A DNA stretch of 64,000 bases from an uncultured Chloroflexia bacterium (GTDB taxonomy: Bacteria; Chloroflexota; Limnocylindria; Limnocylindrales; CSP1-4): contig CAVPJO010000012.1 in assembly GCA_963705425.1 (NCBI GenBank), positions 74,361 through 138,360 on the forward strand. Direction: 5' to 3'. Positions 9,857 to 19,317 of this stretch are shown piece by piece. Position 1 is the first letter of the stretch. Every line of letters begins with the position of its first letter. The notes beneath the pieces are model-generated. The model had not been told where the DNA came from and did no database searches. It saw only the letters and a program-made list of their open reading frames with translations. The position numbers were made by a program, and so were the translations under genes.

Positions 9857-10969
9857 ATGCTTGCGCCTATGCCTGGACTCATCCACATCGTCGGCGCGAG
9901 ACCCAACTTCATCAAGGCTGCCCCCGTCATCGCGGCCCTGCGTGCCGCCGGCGCAGAGCAGCAGGTCATCCACACCGGACAGCACTACGACCGGGCCATG
10001 TCCGTGGTCTTCTTCGAGGAACTCGGCCTGCCCGAGCCGGACGTGAACTTGGGCGTAGGCTCGGGCTCGCACGGAACGCAGACCGCGGCCCTGCTGGTGG
10101 CCCTCGAGGAAACCTTGCTGGCGCGGTCGCCCGACCGCGTGATCGTCTATGGCGACGTCAACTCCACCCTCGCAGCCGCGCTGGTGTGCGCCAAGCTGCT
10201 CATCCCGGTGGCACACGTGGAGGCCGGGCTGCGCTCGTTCGACTCGACCATGCCCGAGGAGGTCAACCGCCGCGTCACCGACCTGCTCAGCGACCCGCTG
10301 TTCGTGACCGCGCCGGAAGGGGAGCAGAACCTCGCGCGTGAGGGCGTCACCGGAGAGCGTGTCGTGTTCGTGGGCAACCCCATGATCGACACGCTGCTCA
10401 AGCACCTCGATCGCTTCGTGCCGGAGCCGGTCAAGGCACGGCTCGGGATCACGTCGCCGTACGCGGTGGCCACCCTTCACCGCCCTGCCAACGTCGACAC
10501 CCCGGAGGCTGGGGCGGCATTGGTCGGTGCGCTGCGCGAAGCTACCGCCCGGTTGCCGGTGGTGCTGCCACTGCACCCGCGCGGCCGGGCCACCCTGGCC
10601 GCCGCCGGCCTCGACGAGGTGCCCGGTCTCCGCGTGGTGGACCCACTCGGCTACATCGACTTCCTCTCGCTGGTGCGTGGTGCGGCCGCGGTCATCACCG
10701 ATTCGGGCGGCATCCAGGAGGAGACCACCGTGCTGGACGTACCCTGCCTGACGATGCGACCCAACACCGAGCGACCCATCACCCTGACGGCCGGCACCAA
10801 CCGGCTGGTCTCGCCCGGCACACTGGGCCCGGCGCTCGATGGCGCCCTGGCCGGCGCCCAGTCCCGCATCGGTGCTGGCCCGCCCGGCTGGGACGGCCAT
10901 GCCGGCGAGCGCATCGCCGCTCACCTGCTACAGCTGCCCTCCCGGACGCCCGGGTCGGTCGAAGCATGA
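9857..10969 (+). CDS. wecB: UDP-N-acetylglucosamine 2-epimerase (non-hydrolysing)
   Basis: Frame of ORF 9524..10969. IHIVGARPNFIKAAPV, HTGQHYD, VYGDVNSTLAAAL, HVEAGLRSFD..MPEEVNR and ITDSGGIQEE. Start at ATG 9857 (or 9869). Confidence 0.9.
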   Translation: MLAPMPGLIHIVGARPNFIKAAPVIAALRAAGAEQQVIHTGQHYDRAMSVVFFEELGLPEPDVNLGVGSGSHGTQTAALLVALEETLLARSPDRVIVYGDVNSTLAAALVCAKLLIPVAHVEAGLRSFDSTMPEEVNRRVTDLLSDPLFVTAPEGEQNLAREGVTGERVVFVGNPMIDTLLKHLDRFVPEPVKARLGITSPYAVATLHRPANVDTPEAGAALVGALREATARLPVVLPLHPRGRATLAAAGLDEVPGLRVVDPLGYIDFLSLVRGAAAVITDSGGIQEETTVLDVPCLTMRPNTERPITLTAGTNRLVSPGTLGPALDGALAGAQSRIGAGPPGWDGHAGERIAAHLLQLPSRTPGSVEA

Positions 10970-12051
10970 GCCGGAGGCAGAAGTCGGTCCGCGCCATCCT
11001 CATGCCCTCGTACCAGTGGAATCCCTACCAGCGTCTGCTGGCGGCGGCCCTGGTCGAGGTCGGTGTGGAGGCCACGGCGGTCCACGAGTGGTCCGCACGA
11101 TCACCCATCCTCGGCACCTGGCTGGCCCAGGGCCGCCCTGACGTCATCCACATCCAGTGGATCCACAACTTCGTCGGTGGCCGTTCGGGCACGCCCAGCA
11201 GCCGTGAGGTGCGCTGGTTCGACTATCAGCTGCGCATCGTCAAGGCCCTCGGCGCGCGTGTCGTGTGGACCGTCCACAATCTCAAGTCGCACGATTCCTC
11301 GGGCGACGACCCGCTCGATGCCAGGGCTCACCGCATCATCATCGAACGGGCTGATGCGATCATCTTCCACTGCGACTACGCGCGCCAGGCGCTCACCGAG
11401 ATGTACGGCGCCAGCGAGGCGGCACAGGGGCGCATGCACGTCGTGCCTCACGGCAACTACGTGCGCCAGTACGACGTCGACCTGGACCAGGCAGAAGCGC
11501 GCGAGGCCCTGGGCCTGCCGGCCGGGGGCACCGTCTTCGCCTTCGTCGGCTCCATCCGTGGCTACAAGAACGTGGGCGAGCTGCTCGACGCGTTCGCGCG
11601 TGTGCCCGGGATCGGGCCCGACGACCGGCTACTCGTGTGTGGCAAGCCGTTGCCGCGGAAGCTCGGGCGTGACCTGGAGAAGACCGCCGGTGATGACCCG
11701 CGCATCGTGCTGCGCCTCGACCGCGTGCCGGAGGAGGACCTCTCGCGCATCCTGCGCGCCTCCGACGTGGCGGTCATGCCCTTCCGCGACATCCTCACCT
11801 CGGGCAGCGTCATCCTCGCGTTGAGCCACGGGCGACCGGTCATCGCCCCGGCCAAAGGCTGCCTGCCGGGTACCATGCCCCCCGACGCCACGTTCCTGTA
11901 CGACCCGGACGCTCCGGACGCGCTGCGTGATGCCATCAGCGCGGCCGCCGCGGCAGACCTCGCGGCCATGGGCGCGCGCGCGCGCGCCTTCGCCGATACC
12001 ATCGACTGGGGTCCCATCGCCGAAGAGACGGCTGCGCTGTATCGCGGCTAG
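10966..12051 (+). CDS. Glycosyltransferase family 4
   Basis: FAFVGSIRGYKNVGELLDAF and RASDVAVMPFRDILTSGSVILALSHGRPVIAP (GT-B C-terminal domain). ATGA overlap with the wecB stop. Confidence 0.8.
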   Translation: MSRRQKSVRAILMPSYQWNPYQRLLAAALVEVGVEATAVHEWSARSPILGTWLAQGRPDVIHIQWIHNFVGGRSGTPSSREVRWFDYQLRIVKALGARVVWTVHNLKSHDSSGDDPLDARAHRIIIERADAIIFHCDYARQALTEMYGASEAAQGRMHVVPHGNYVRQYDVDLDQAEAREALGLPAGGTVFAFVGSIRGYKNVGELLDAFARVPGIGPDDRLLVCGKPLPRKLGRDLEKTAGDDPRIVLRLDRVPEEDLSRILRASDVAVMPFRDILTSGSVILALSHGRPVIAPAKGCLPGTMPPDATFLYDPDAPDALRDAISAAAAADLAAMGARARAFADTIDWGPIAEETAALYRG

Positions 12052-12114
12052 CGACGCTCCACGCAGCGGGCCACTCGTCGCTGGGTCGCGCTCGAGGAGC
12101 GACGCGCCCCGCGG

Positions 12115-12921
12115 CTACGTGGTCCTGGCTGTGGCCGCCCTGCTCGCCCCGGTCTGCTCCCCCGCGATCTCGACGAGACGCTGGTAGGTCCGCTCCACCT
12201 CGTCCGGCAGCTTCATCTCCTTCGGCGCGCCGGGAGTGCGCAGCGAGCCGTCGAAGAAGGCGTTGCCCGCTTCCGGCGTCGGGAGGCGCAGCTCGGTGAT
12301 GAGCTCCTTGAGCCGCACCTGATACTTGTCGGTCGGCTGGCCGAAGTCGATGAGCGGCACATAGCGAGACTCGCACAGCTCGAGCATGGGCTTGCAGTAG
12401 TCGAGCCACACGCTCAGCCAGCGCTCGGGGCCATCGCTGCCGTGGCGGCGTGCCAGCGAGCGAGCCACCGCGGCCGGGTGCCGGAAGGTGGCCACCATCT
12501 CGAGATCGGGCAGCACCTCCAGCCAGTGCTCGATGACGAGGATGGTGCGTGGGTCCTTGAAGCCCCAGAGCGGCACCTTCGAACGACTCTCGATGAAGCG
12601 TTCCAGGCGCTTGCGGGTCGCTGCCGGCCAGGTGATGTGCTCGGGCACGCTCGACCAGCTGCCGCCGCTGTTGATGAGCACGTCATCGTGGATACGCATG
12701 AGGACGGGCGATTCGCGATTGCCCTTCTCGTTCCACTGGTTGCCGGTATCGACCGCACCCATGTCCAGGCCGGAGGCTTCGAGGCTGCCGGCCAGGCTGC
12801 TGGTACCGCTGCGATGCATGCCCAGGATGGCCAGCACGCGCGTGGGACCGTCGTATGCGGGCGCCCGCGAGCCGGCGGGGCGTCGCGCCAAACGCGTCAG
12901 TGAGCTGCGCAACGAACCCAT
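12115..12921 (-). CDS. PAPS-dependent sulfotransferase family protein
   Basis: 5'-PSB loop LAILGMHRSGTSSLAG and 3'-PB-like WGFKDPRT. Last gene of the wzm-wzt operon. Its ATG at 12921 lies 2 nt after the wzt stop. Confidence 0.8.
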   Translation of the reverse strand: MGSLRSSLTRLARRPAGSRAPAYDGPTRVLAILGMHRSGTSSLAGSLEASGLDMGAVDTGNQWNEKGNRESPVLMRIHDDVLINSGGSWSSVPEHITWPAATRKRLERFIESRSKVPLWGFKDPRTILVIEHWLEVLPDLEMVATFRHPAAVARSLARRHGSDGPERWLSVWLDYCKPMLELCESRYVPLIDFGQPTDKYQVRLKELITELRLPTPEAGNAFFDGSLRTPGAPKEMKLPDEVERTYQRLVEIAGEQTGASRAATARTT

Positions 12922-12923
12922 GG

Positions 12924-14234
12924 TCAAACGCTCCGGGTGGTGGAGTCGGCCGCCCCTGATGGTACGGCATCACCGTTCTCGTCGGCCTCAGGTCGCGCCG
13001 CAGCCACCACCTCGCCGCCACCCGGCGCCGCAGCCGCCGACTGGTCGCCCGCCGTCGATGCATCGCCGGCTGCAGCCGGCCGGCCGTCGTCTCGGGCGCC
13101 CGCGGCTGCCTGAGCGGCCTGAGCGGCCTGAGCCGCCTTCCTGGCCTTCCTGGCGGCACGCTTGGCGGCCCGGGCGTCCGCGACCTCCTTCGCCTTCTGC
13201 GCCTTGATCTCCTCGACTTGGTCCTCGTGCCCATCAAGGACGTCGTCGAGGGTGCCGTCCTTGCGCGCCTGTCGAACTACCGACTGGTCGACCTTGCCGT
13301 GCTTGAGCAGGAACTTGGTCTTGCGCTTCTGCTTCTTGCGCTTCTCGGCATCGTTCTCGTGCATGTCGGCGATCTCTTCAGGGTCGCCGTCGGCCACGAT
13401 CTGACCCTTGTCCATGAGGATGGCGCGGGTGCAGAAGGCGGTGATCCAGCTCATGTCGTGGGTCACCATGACCACGGCCTTGGCCGTCTGCAGCACCTCT
13501 GCGATGCGTTTGCGCGATTTCTGCTTGAACGTGTTGTCGCCGGTCTGGAGGACCTCGTCGAGCAGCAGGATGTCAGGGTCGACCGCGGTGGCCACGGAGA
13601 AGCCGACACGGGCGCGCATACCTGAGGAGTAGGTCTTCATGGGGGCATCGATGAAGGCGCCGATGTTGGCGAACTGGATGATGCCCGGCGTGATCTCCTC
13701 CATGACGTGCTCGTCGATGCCCATGAGCGCGCCGGCCAGGGCGATGTTGTCGCGGCCGGTGAGCTCGGAGTCGAAGCCGGCATTGAGGCTCAGCAGCGTG
13801 GAGACGTGGCCGTTGACCTCGACCACACCTTCGGTGGGCTGGAGGATGCCGGCCAGTGCCAGCAGCATCGTCGACTTGCCGGAGCCGTTCGCTCCGACGA
13901 TGCCCACGGCCTCACCACGTCGGACCTCGAAGTCCACACCACGGATCGCCCAGAAGTGACCTGCGTTGCGTCGTCGCGGGTCGAGGAGGTGGGCGAAGGT
14001 CGTGCGCAACTTGGTCTTCTTGGTGAAGTTGAGGTTGTAGCGCACGCCCAGGTTCTGGGCTCGGATGGCCAGGTCGCCGGTCGGGACGGCCACGCGCAGG
14101 CTGAAGTCATCTCGGTCGGGAGCCTCGTTCTCAGCCTCAGCGATGGCGGACAGGGCATGGTCGCTGTGGCGGTCCCACCCCGAATTGGTCGTCTTGCCGG
14201 CCTGCCCTGGTGTGGCGACGGGCTGCTCGCTCAT
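12924..14234 (-). CDS. wzt: Polysaccharide/teichoic-acid-type ABC exporter ATP-binding protein (Wzt/TagH-like) with a low-complexity K/A/Q-rich C-terminal tail
   Basis: Walker A GIVGANGSGKST, signature YSSGMRARVGFS, Walker B ILLLDEV. Tail ...KRKKQKRKTKF...AKRAARKARKAAQAAQAAQAA.... ATGA overlap with the wzm stop at 14234. Confidence 0.88.
   Translation of the reverse strand: MSEQPVATPGQAGKTTNSGWDRHSDHALSAIAEAENEAPDRDDFSLRVAVPTGDLAIRAQNLGVRYNLNFTKKTKLRTTFAHLLDPRRRNAGHFWAIRGVDFEVRRGEAVGIVGANGSGKSTMLLALAGILQPTEGVVEVNGHVSTLLSLNAGFDSELTGRDNIALAGALMGIDEHVMEEITPGIIQFANIGAFIDAPMKTYSSGMRARVGFSVATAVDPDILLLDEVLQTGDNTFKQKSRKRIAEVLQTAKAVVMVTHDMSWITAFCTRAILMDKGQIVADGDPEEIADMHENDAEKRKKQKRKTKFLLKHGKVDQSVVRQARKDGTLDDVLDGHEDQVEEIKAQKAKEVADARAAKRAARKARKAAQAAQAAQAAAGARDDGRPAAAGDASTAGDQSAAAAPGGGEVVAAARPEADENGDAVPSGAADSTTRSV
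13108..13152. repeat. Five consecutive 9-bp units (GCCTGAGCG x2, GCCTGAGCC, GCCTTCCTG x2) inside the wzt 3' region
   Basis: Read directly. On the coding (minus) strand they encode ARKARKAAQAAQAAQAA in the Wzt tail. Confidence 0.9.
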
Positions 14235-15214
14235 CACAGCACCTTCGTGAAGGCCGGCTCGAGTCGCTTGAAGACGATCGTGCCGATGACGGTGAAGACC
14301 ACGCCGCTGACCAAGATGACCGCGAGCACCTCGAAGTTGGGCAGGGTCGCCTCGGTCCATGCCAGCGTTTCCTCGCTCACGCCGGTCGCGGCGTCAGTGA
14401 CATCGATCCTGTCGAGATGGCCGTAGATCACCTTGCGGTAGGACTCCAGCAGGAGCGAGACGGGGTTGAGCGAGATGGCACCGAACAGCATGCCGGTGGG
14501 CAGGCCCAGGGCACGCTCGACACCCTCGAGGCCCACCTGCAGGCGCTGGCCACGGCCGGCTACCTCCATGAACGACCAGAGGATGGGGCTGATCCAGAAG
14601 AGCAGGCGCATGAAGTGGCTGATGATGATGCCGATGTCGCGATAGAAGACGGTCACGGCCGAGAGCATGAACGTGAAGCCCAGCACGAAGACGTACTGCA
14701 CCACGGCGATGAGCGGCACCCACACGACCTGCCATGTGACGTGGTCGTGATAGGCGAAGAACCACACGAACAACAGCACGGCCATGCCGAAGAGGAAGCC
14801 CACGATCTGGCTGAGGGTCATCGTCACCGGCAGGATGATCTTCGGAAAGAGGATCTGCTTGATCAGCGACTCTTTGCCGGTGACGGCGGTGGTGGAACTG
14901 CCGATGGTCGCGGTGAACCACTTGAAGGGCACCATCGCGCTGAGCAGGAAGAGCGGGAAGTCGGGCGTGCTGCGCTGGAAGATGACGGTCATCACGAGCA
15001 CGTAGATGAGCATCGTGATGAGCGGATCGAGCACCCACCAGACGTTGCCCAGTACGGTGTTGGCGCCGCGTTTCTTGACGTCGGCGCGGACCATATAGCG
15101 AATCAACCGACGGCGTGACCAGACGTCGGTGATCGCGTTGCGGATGAGGGCGACCGGGCCCGGTCGATCATTGCTGCTGCGGAAGGCAGCAGGTGCCTCG
15201 TTGACGACTCCCAT
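14234..15214 (-). CDS. wzm: ABC-2 type polysaccharide exporter permease (Wzm/TagG-like)
   Basis: Frame of ORF 14234..15418. Six predicted TM segments and an N-terminal IRYMVRADVKKRGANTVLGNVWWVLDPL typical of ABC-2 permeases. Start placed at ATG 15214. Confidence 0.85.
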   Translation of the reverse strand: MGVVNEAPAAFRSSNDRPGPVALIRNAITDVWSRRRLIRYMVRADVKKRGANTVLGNVWWVLDPLITMLIYVLVMTVIFQRSTPDFPLFLLSAMVPFKWFTATIGSSTTAVTGKESLIKQILFPKIILPVTMTLSQIVGFLFGMAVLLFVWFFAYHDHVTWQVVWVPLIAVVQYVFVLGFTFMLSAVTVFYRDIGIIISHFMRLLFWISPILWSFMEVAGRGQRLQVGLEGVERALGLPTGMLFGAISLNPVSLLLESYRKVIYGHLDRIDVTDAATGVSEETLAWTEATLPNFEVLAVILVSGVVFTVIGTIVFKRLEPAFTKVL

Positions 15215-15305
15215 GGACGGTCTAGACGGTAGCAGACGTGCGTCGATTCCCGTTGCCGCGCCTGCTACCGCCGGCGGTCGCTCGGATGTGCTCAGGTGTG
15301 TTCGA

Positions 15306-16667
15306 CTATGGTTTCCACATCCACAGCTCCCGGCCGTGGACGCCGTCATCAGCGCTGAAGAAGAGCCGCTTGCCGACTCTGGCCAGCCAGGTCGGCCAGC
15401 CATCGTCCTTGCCCGCATCGATGTCGGCCACGCGCCAGGCTCTTGAGCCGACGGCCTTCCAGAGTTCTCGGCCGTGCGCCGGGTCGGTCGCGGCGAAGAA
15501 CACGGCCCGGCCCACCGTGGTCAACTCGGTCGGATCCGAGCCCGTGCCGGCCGGTGCGATGTTCCTGACCAGCTTGGTGCTGGCGTAGGTTCCCTTGGTC
15601 ATCCATGGCTCCTGCCCCGCGAGGGGCGTCCATGCTGCGAAGTAGAGCCGCTCATCGGCCTGCACAGCTCCCCGAGGGAAGGAGTCGAGGGGGCCGCTTG
15701 CGATGTTCCGAACCTGTCTCGTGCCGGCCTTCGTACCGTCGCTCCTCCACAGCTCGGCCCCCGAGGACTCCGTGGCCGCCCGGAAGTAGAGCTTGCCCTT
15801 GAGGCCGGCCATGGGCAGCGCACCCGAGGAGGTCTTGCCCTTGATGATGTCGCGGACGAGCTTGGTACCCCACCTCGTGCCGTTGGTCTTGTGCAGCTCG
15901 CCGCCGGTCGAGGTCGTGGCGGCTCCGAAGTAGATCTTGTCGCCGACCTTGACGAAGTCATCCGTCCCCGACCCGGCCGCGCCCGGGACGATGTCCTTGA
16001 GCACCCTAGTGCCCTTCCAGGTCCCGTCACTGATCCATGGCTCCCGCCCCAGGCCGGTCACATCTGCGGCGAAGACGAGCTTGCCCCGGAGCGGCCCGGC
16101 GATGCCGATCGAGGAACCCGCCGGGCCGGGCTGGACGTCCCGCACCAGCCTGGCGTCGTTCCGTTTGCCCCGGCTGACGAACAGCTCCGCGCCCTTGGTA
16201 GGGTGCCGCGCGACGAAGAAGATGCGCTTGCCGACCTTGGTCATGGAGTACGGATCGGAGTTACCGTTTCCCGGATCGATGTCGGTGATGCGCCAGGTGC
16301 CCTTGGCCGTGCCGTTGGTGCGCCAGACCTCGCGGCCGCGACTGGGATCGGTGGCCGCGAAGTAGAGGATGCCGTCGATGACGACCAGCCCCCACGGATC
16401 GCTCGAGCCTGGCCCCGGCCAGATGTCCCGGACGACCCTGGTGCCCTTGGCAGTACCGTCGCTCCTCCACAGCTCCTTGCCCTTGGCCGGCGTCTCCGCG
16501 ACGTAGAAGGCCTTGCCCTGGTAGGCGGTCACAAGCTGGGGACTGGCGCTCCCCGGCAGGTCCCTGACCAGCTTCGTCGTGCCCGCCTGCACGACACCGA
16601 CCAGCGCCACCGACAGGACCATGGCCATGCCCACCAGTAACGCGAGCATCCGTGCGAGCCTCATCAT
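15306..16667 (-). CDS. Secreted ELWxxDGT-repeat protein (about nine ~47-aa repeats, beta-propeller-like)
   Basis: Signal peptide MMRLARMLALLVGMAMVLSVALVGVVQA. Repeated units of the type G.ELWRSDGTAKGTRVVRDI.PG..SS.P....V...LYF.A. Confidence 0.8.
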   Translation of the reverse strand: MMRLARMLALLVGMAMVLSVALVGVVQAGTTKLVRDLPGSASPQLVTAYQGKAFYVAETPAKGKELWRSDGTAKGTRVVRDIWPGPGSSDPWGLVVIDGILYFAATDPSRGREVWRTNGTAKGTWRITDIDPGNGNSDPYSMTKVGKRIFFVARHPTKGAELFVSRGKRNDARLVRDVQPGPAGSSIGIAGPLRGKLVFAADVTGLGREPWISDGTWKGTRVLKDIVPGAAGSGTDDFVKVGDKIYFGAATTSTGGELHKTNGTRWGTKLVRDIIKGKTSSGALPMAGLKGKLYFRAATESSGAELWRSDGTKAGTRQVRNIASGPLDSFPRGAVQADERLYFAAWTPLAGQEPWMTKGTYASTKLVRNIAPAGTGSDPTELTTVGRAVFFAATDPAHGRELWKAVGSRAWRVADIDAGKDDGWPTWLARVGKRLFFSADDGVHGRELWMWKP

Positions 16668-16759
16668 CTGCCCCCCTTCGAGACGAGTGTCCTGCTCACG
16701 ATTATCCGCCTCGTGTCTGCCCCCGACCCTCCACGGCGCCGCGTCGCATCCGGCCCTGA

Positions 16760-16765
16760 TACAGT
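16760..16765 (+). promoter_or_regulatory. TAnnnT -10 box (TACAGT) positioned for a leaderless sulfotransferase transcript
   Basis: TACAGT, then 7 nt, then GTG 16773. No SD in between. Confidence 0.3.
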
Positions 16766-16772
16766 CGGCCGC

Positions 16773-18062
16773 GTGACCAGCCCGACCTCCCAGCCCGTGT
16801 TCGTGGTCGGCGGCCCGCGATCAGGAACGACGCTGCTATCAGCCATGCTGGCCGCGCACTCGGCCTTCGACTGTGGCCCCGAGACGCACTTCCTTTCGCG
16901 CTGGGCGCGCATGGCCCGCAGCGAGCGCGAGCACATCCTCGATCCCGCCGACTGGCCCGAGCGGGCCACCGCCTACGTGGCCAGCCTGTCACTGGGCAAG
17001 CGGCCCGTCTACCCGATGTATGACCTCGCGCTCGAGGAGGTCCGTGCCTGGCTGGCTGTGCGGCCGCCGTCGCTGACGGCCATGCTCGAGTCACTGACGG
17101 CGCAGCGGGCCTTGCGCAACGGCGCCCTGCGCTGGGTCGAGAAGACGCCGCGCCACCTCGAGGTGCCAGAGCTCATCGTCGAGACCTGGCCGGGGGCGCG
17201 CATCGTGCGCATCGTGCGCGATCCTCGCGATGCTGCCGTGTCGCTCACCAAGGTGCCTTTCGGTACGCCTTCGCTGCTCACCAATCTGTCCGTGCTCGCG
17301 CGTATGAACGAGGCCGCGGCCGACTTCTATCGCGAGTCGAGCCGGGCCTTGACGGTCCGATACGAGGACCTCGTGGCCTCGCCCGAGCACGAGCTGCATC
17401 GCATCTGTGAGTTCGTGGACGTCGACTTCGAGCCCCGCATGGTCGAGGACCGCAGCAGCGCGACGGGCGTGGCCGCAGTCCACGAGTGGTGGAAGGGCGA
17501 CGCCACCGGGCCTCTCGACCGCTCTCGTTCGGGCCGCTGGGCCGAGGAGATGCCGCCCGAGGTGCAGCACTACGCGGCGCTCAACCTGGGGCCCATGCTC
17601 GAGGAGCACGGCTACGCCACGGCGGTGCCGCCCAAGCGGCAGCTGGCCATCGTGCCCGCCGGCGACGCCCTCAACGCCCGCTATGACCACGTCCTGCTGC
17701 AGCTGGCCGCGGCCGACGTGGCCATCCGCCGGCCCATTCCCGCCACCATCGACGAGCTGCACCTGCAGCAGCCGCTGGTCTTCTTCGGTGTCGTCGGCCA
17801 GCTCGATCCTCATCGGGACCGCTCGGCCGAGCGACGCGTCGTCGATATCGCACGACTCACGCTCCTGCTGCTGACCCGTCGATTGCAGCGCCGGCCCGTG
17901 GTCTGGGTGCGTCGCCTCAGCCTCATCCGCCGCCACCCCAACGACGGCGGGGAGCGCTTCATCGCCCGCCTGCTGCAGATGCTGGCGGTGTCCGCGGAGG
18001 CCGGCGATCTGCCTGGCCTGGTGGGTGCTGAGACCGAGGTGCAGGGCACGGCCAGTGACTGA
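16773..18062 (+). CDS. Sulfotransferase (Sulfotransfer_3-like) with a ~170-aa C-terminal extension of unknown function
   Basis: VFVVGGPRSGTTLLSAML (PAPS 5'-phosphosulfate loop) and VRIVRDPRDAAVS. GTG at 16773 lies 7 nt after a TACAGT -10-like box. ORF track start 16713 is the alternative. Confidence 0.8.
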   Translation: MTSPTSQPVFVVGGPRSGTTLLSAMLAAHSAFDCGPETHFLSRWARMARSEREHILDPADWPERATAYVASLSLGKRPVYPMYDLALEEVRAWLAVRPPSLTAMLESLTAQRALRNGALRWVEKTPRHLEVPELIVETWPGARIVRIVRDPRDAAVSLTKVPFGTPSLLTNLSVLARMNEAAADFYRESSRALTVRYEDLVASPEHELHRICEFVDVDFEPRMVEDRSSATGVAAVHEWWKGDATGPLDRSRSGRWAEEMPPEVQHYAALNLGPMLEEHGYATAVPPKRQLAIVPAGDALNARYDHVLLQLAAADVAIRRPIPATIDELHLQQPLVFFGVVGQLDPHRDRSAERRVVDIARLTLLLLTRRLQRRPVVWVRRLSLIRRHPNDGGERFIARLLQMLAVSAEAGDLPGLVGAETEVQGTASD

Positions 18063-19317
18063 CGCTCCCATCTTCGTGGTCGGCGTGCCCCGTTCGGGGA
18101 CGACGCTGCTGGCCGCCATGCTGGCGGCCCACTCACGGCTCGACTGTGGTCCCGAGTCCCGGTTCTTCGCTCGCTACCGCCACCTTGGGCCCAGGCAGCG
18201 GGCGCGCATCCTCGATCCCATGGAGTGGCCGCGGCCGGCGGTCGACTTCATCGCCTCGCTGCGCAACCAGGACCATCCCATCTCCGAGCTCTTCGGCCTC
18301 GGGTTGCCCCAGATCGGCTCGTTCCTGGCCGAGCGCCAGCCCTCGGAGGTGGCCATGCTCGAGGCGCTCACCGTGCTGCATGCGCGCGGGGCCGGCAAGG
18401 CACGCTGGATCGAGAAGACGCCACGCCACCTGCTCATGACCGAGTGGCTGCGGCGGCTCTGGCCCGAGGCCTTCATCGTGCGCATCGTGCGCGACCCGCG
18501 CGACGTGGCGCTGTCGCTCTCGGGCGTGCCCTTCGGCAAGGAGTCAGTGGTCGGCAACCTGGTCCGCATCGACGCGGACGACCGCGCCTCCGCTGAGCGT
18601 ATCGAGACCGACCCGCTGGCCATGACCCTGCGCTACGAGGACCTCGTCACCGATCCCGAGCGCGAGCTGCGACGCGTCTGCGACTTCGTGGGTGAGGACT
18701 TCGAGCCGGCCATGCTCGACTCGAGTGCGTCAGGCGCCGGGGTGGCCGGCGAGCACGAGTGGTGGAAGGCGTCCGTTTCCGGGCCGCTCCACACCAGCAG
18801 CGTGGGCCGATGGCGCGAGGAGATGTCCGCCGACGCTCGCCGGTTCGCAGCGCTGCACCTGGCCGGCTACCTGCGGATCCATGGCTACGAGGGTGCGCGC
18901 GAAGCCCGTGCCCAGCTGGCCGTGCTGCCGGTGTCCGGCGAGGTCGGGCCACAGAACGAGGTGCTGCTGCTGGAGCTGGCCCGCCGCGACATGACCGTCG
19001 TCCGCCCGGCACCATCGACCCCCTCCGCGCAACATGCACAGCGGCATCTCGTCTTCGTCGGCGTCAAGGGCCAGCTCGACCCGACCCGTGGTCAGCCGGC
19101 CGCCCGGCGCGTCCTGGGCACGGCCATGCTCAGCGCAGGCCTGCTCGCGCGCCGGCTCCAGCGCCGGCCCGTGCTTTGGGTCCGCCGGGCCACGCTTCGT
19201 GAGCGTAGCCAAACCGACCCCGCCGAGCGACTCCTGGCGCTGCTGCTGCGGCCGCTGGCCCGCACCGTCGCCCTCGATGCGGTCCCGTCGCTCGTCGACG
19301 ATGCTCCCCTCGAGTAG
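18055..19317 (+). CDS. Sulfotransferase paralogue (tandem duplicate of the 16773 gene) with the same C-terminal extension
   Basis: IFVVGVPRSGTTLLAAML and VRIVRDPRDVALS. The C-terminal region aligns with its neighbour (GQLDP..., RRLQRRPVLWVRR). GTG 18055 overlaps the upstream stop by 8 nt. Confidence 0.8.
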   Translation: MTDAPIFVVGVPRSGTTLLAAMLAAHSRLDCGPESRFFARYRHLGPRQRARILDPMEWPRPAVDFIASLRNQDHPISELFGLGLPQIGSFLAERQPSEVAMLEALTVLHARGAGKARWIEKTPRHLLMTEWLRRLWPEAFIVRIVRDPRDVALSLSGVPFGKESVVGNLVRIDADDRASAERIETDPLAMTLRYEDLVTDPERELRRVCDFVGEDFEPAMLDSSASGAGVAGEHEWWKASVSGPLHTSSVGRWREEMSADARRFAALHLAGYLRIHGYEGAREARAQLAVLPVSGEVGPQNEVLLLELARRDMTVVRPAPSTPSAQHAQRHLVFVGVKGQLDPTRGQPAARRVLGTAMLSAGLLARRLQRRPVLWVRRATLRERSQTDPAERLLALLLRPLARTVALDAVPSLVDDAPLE

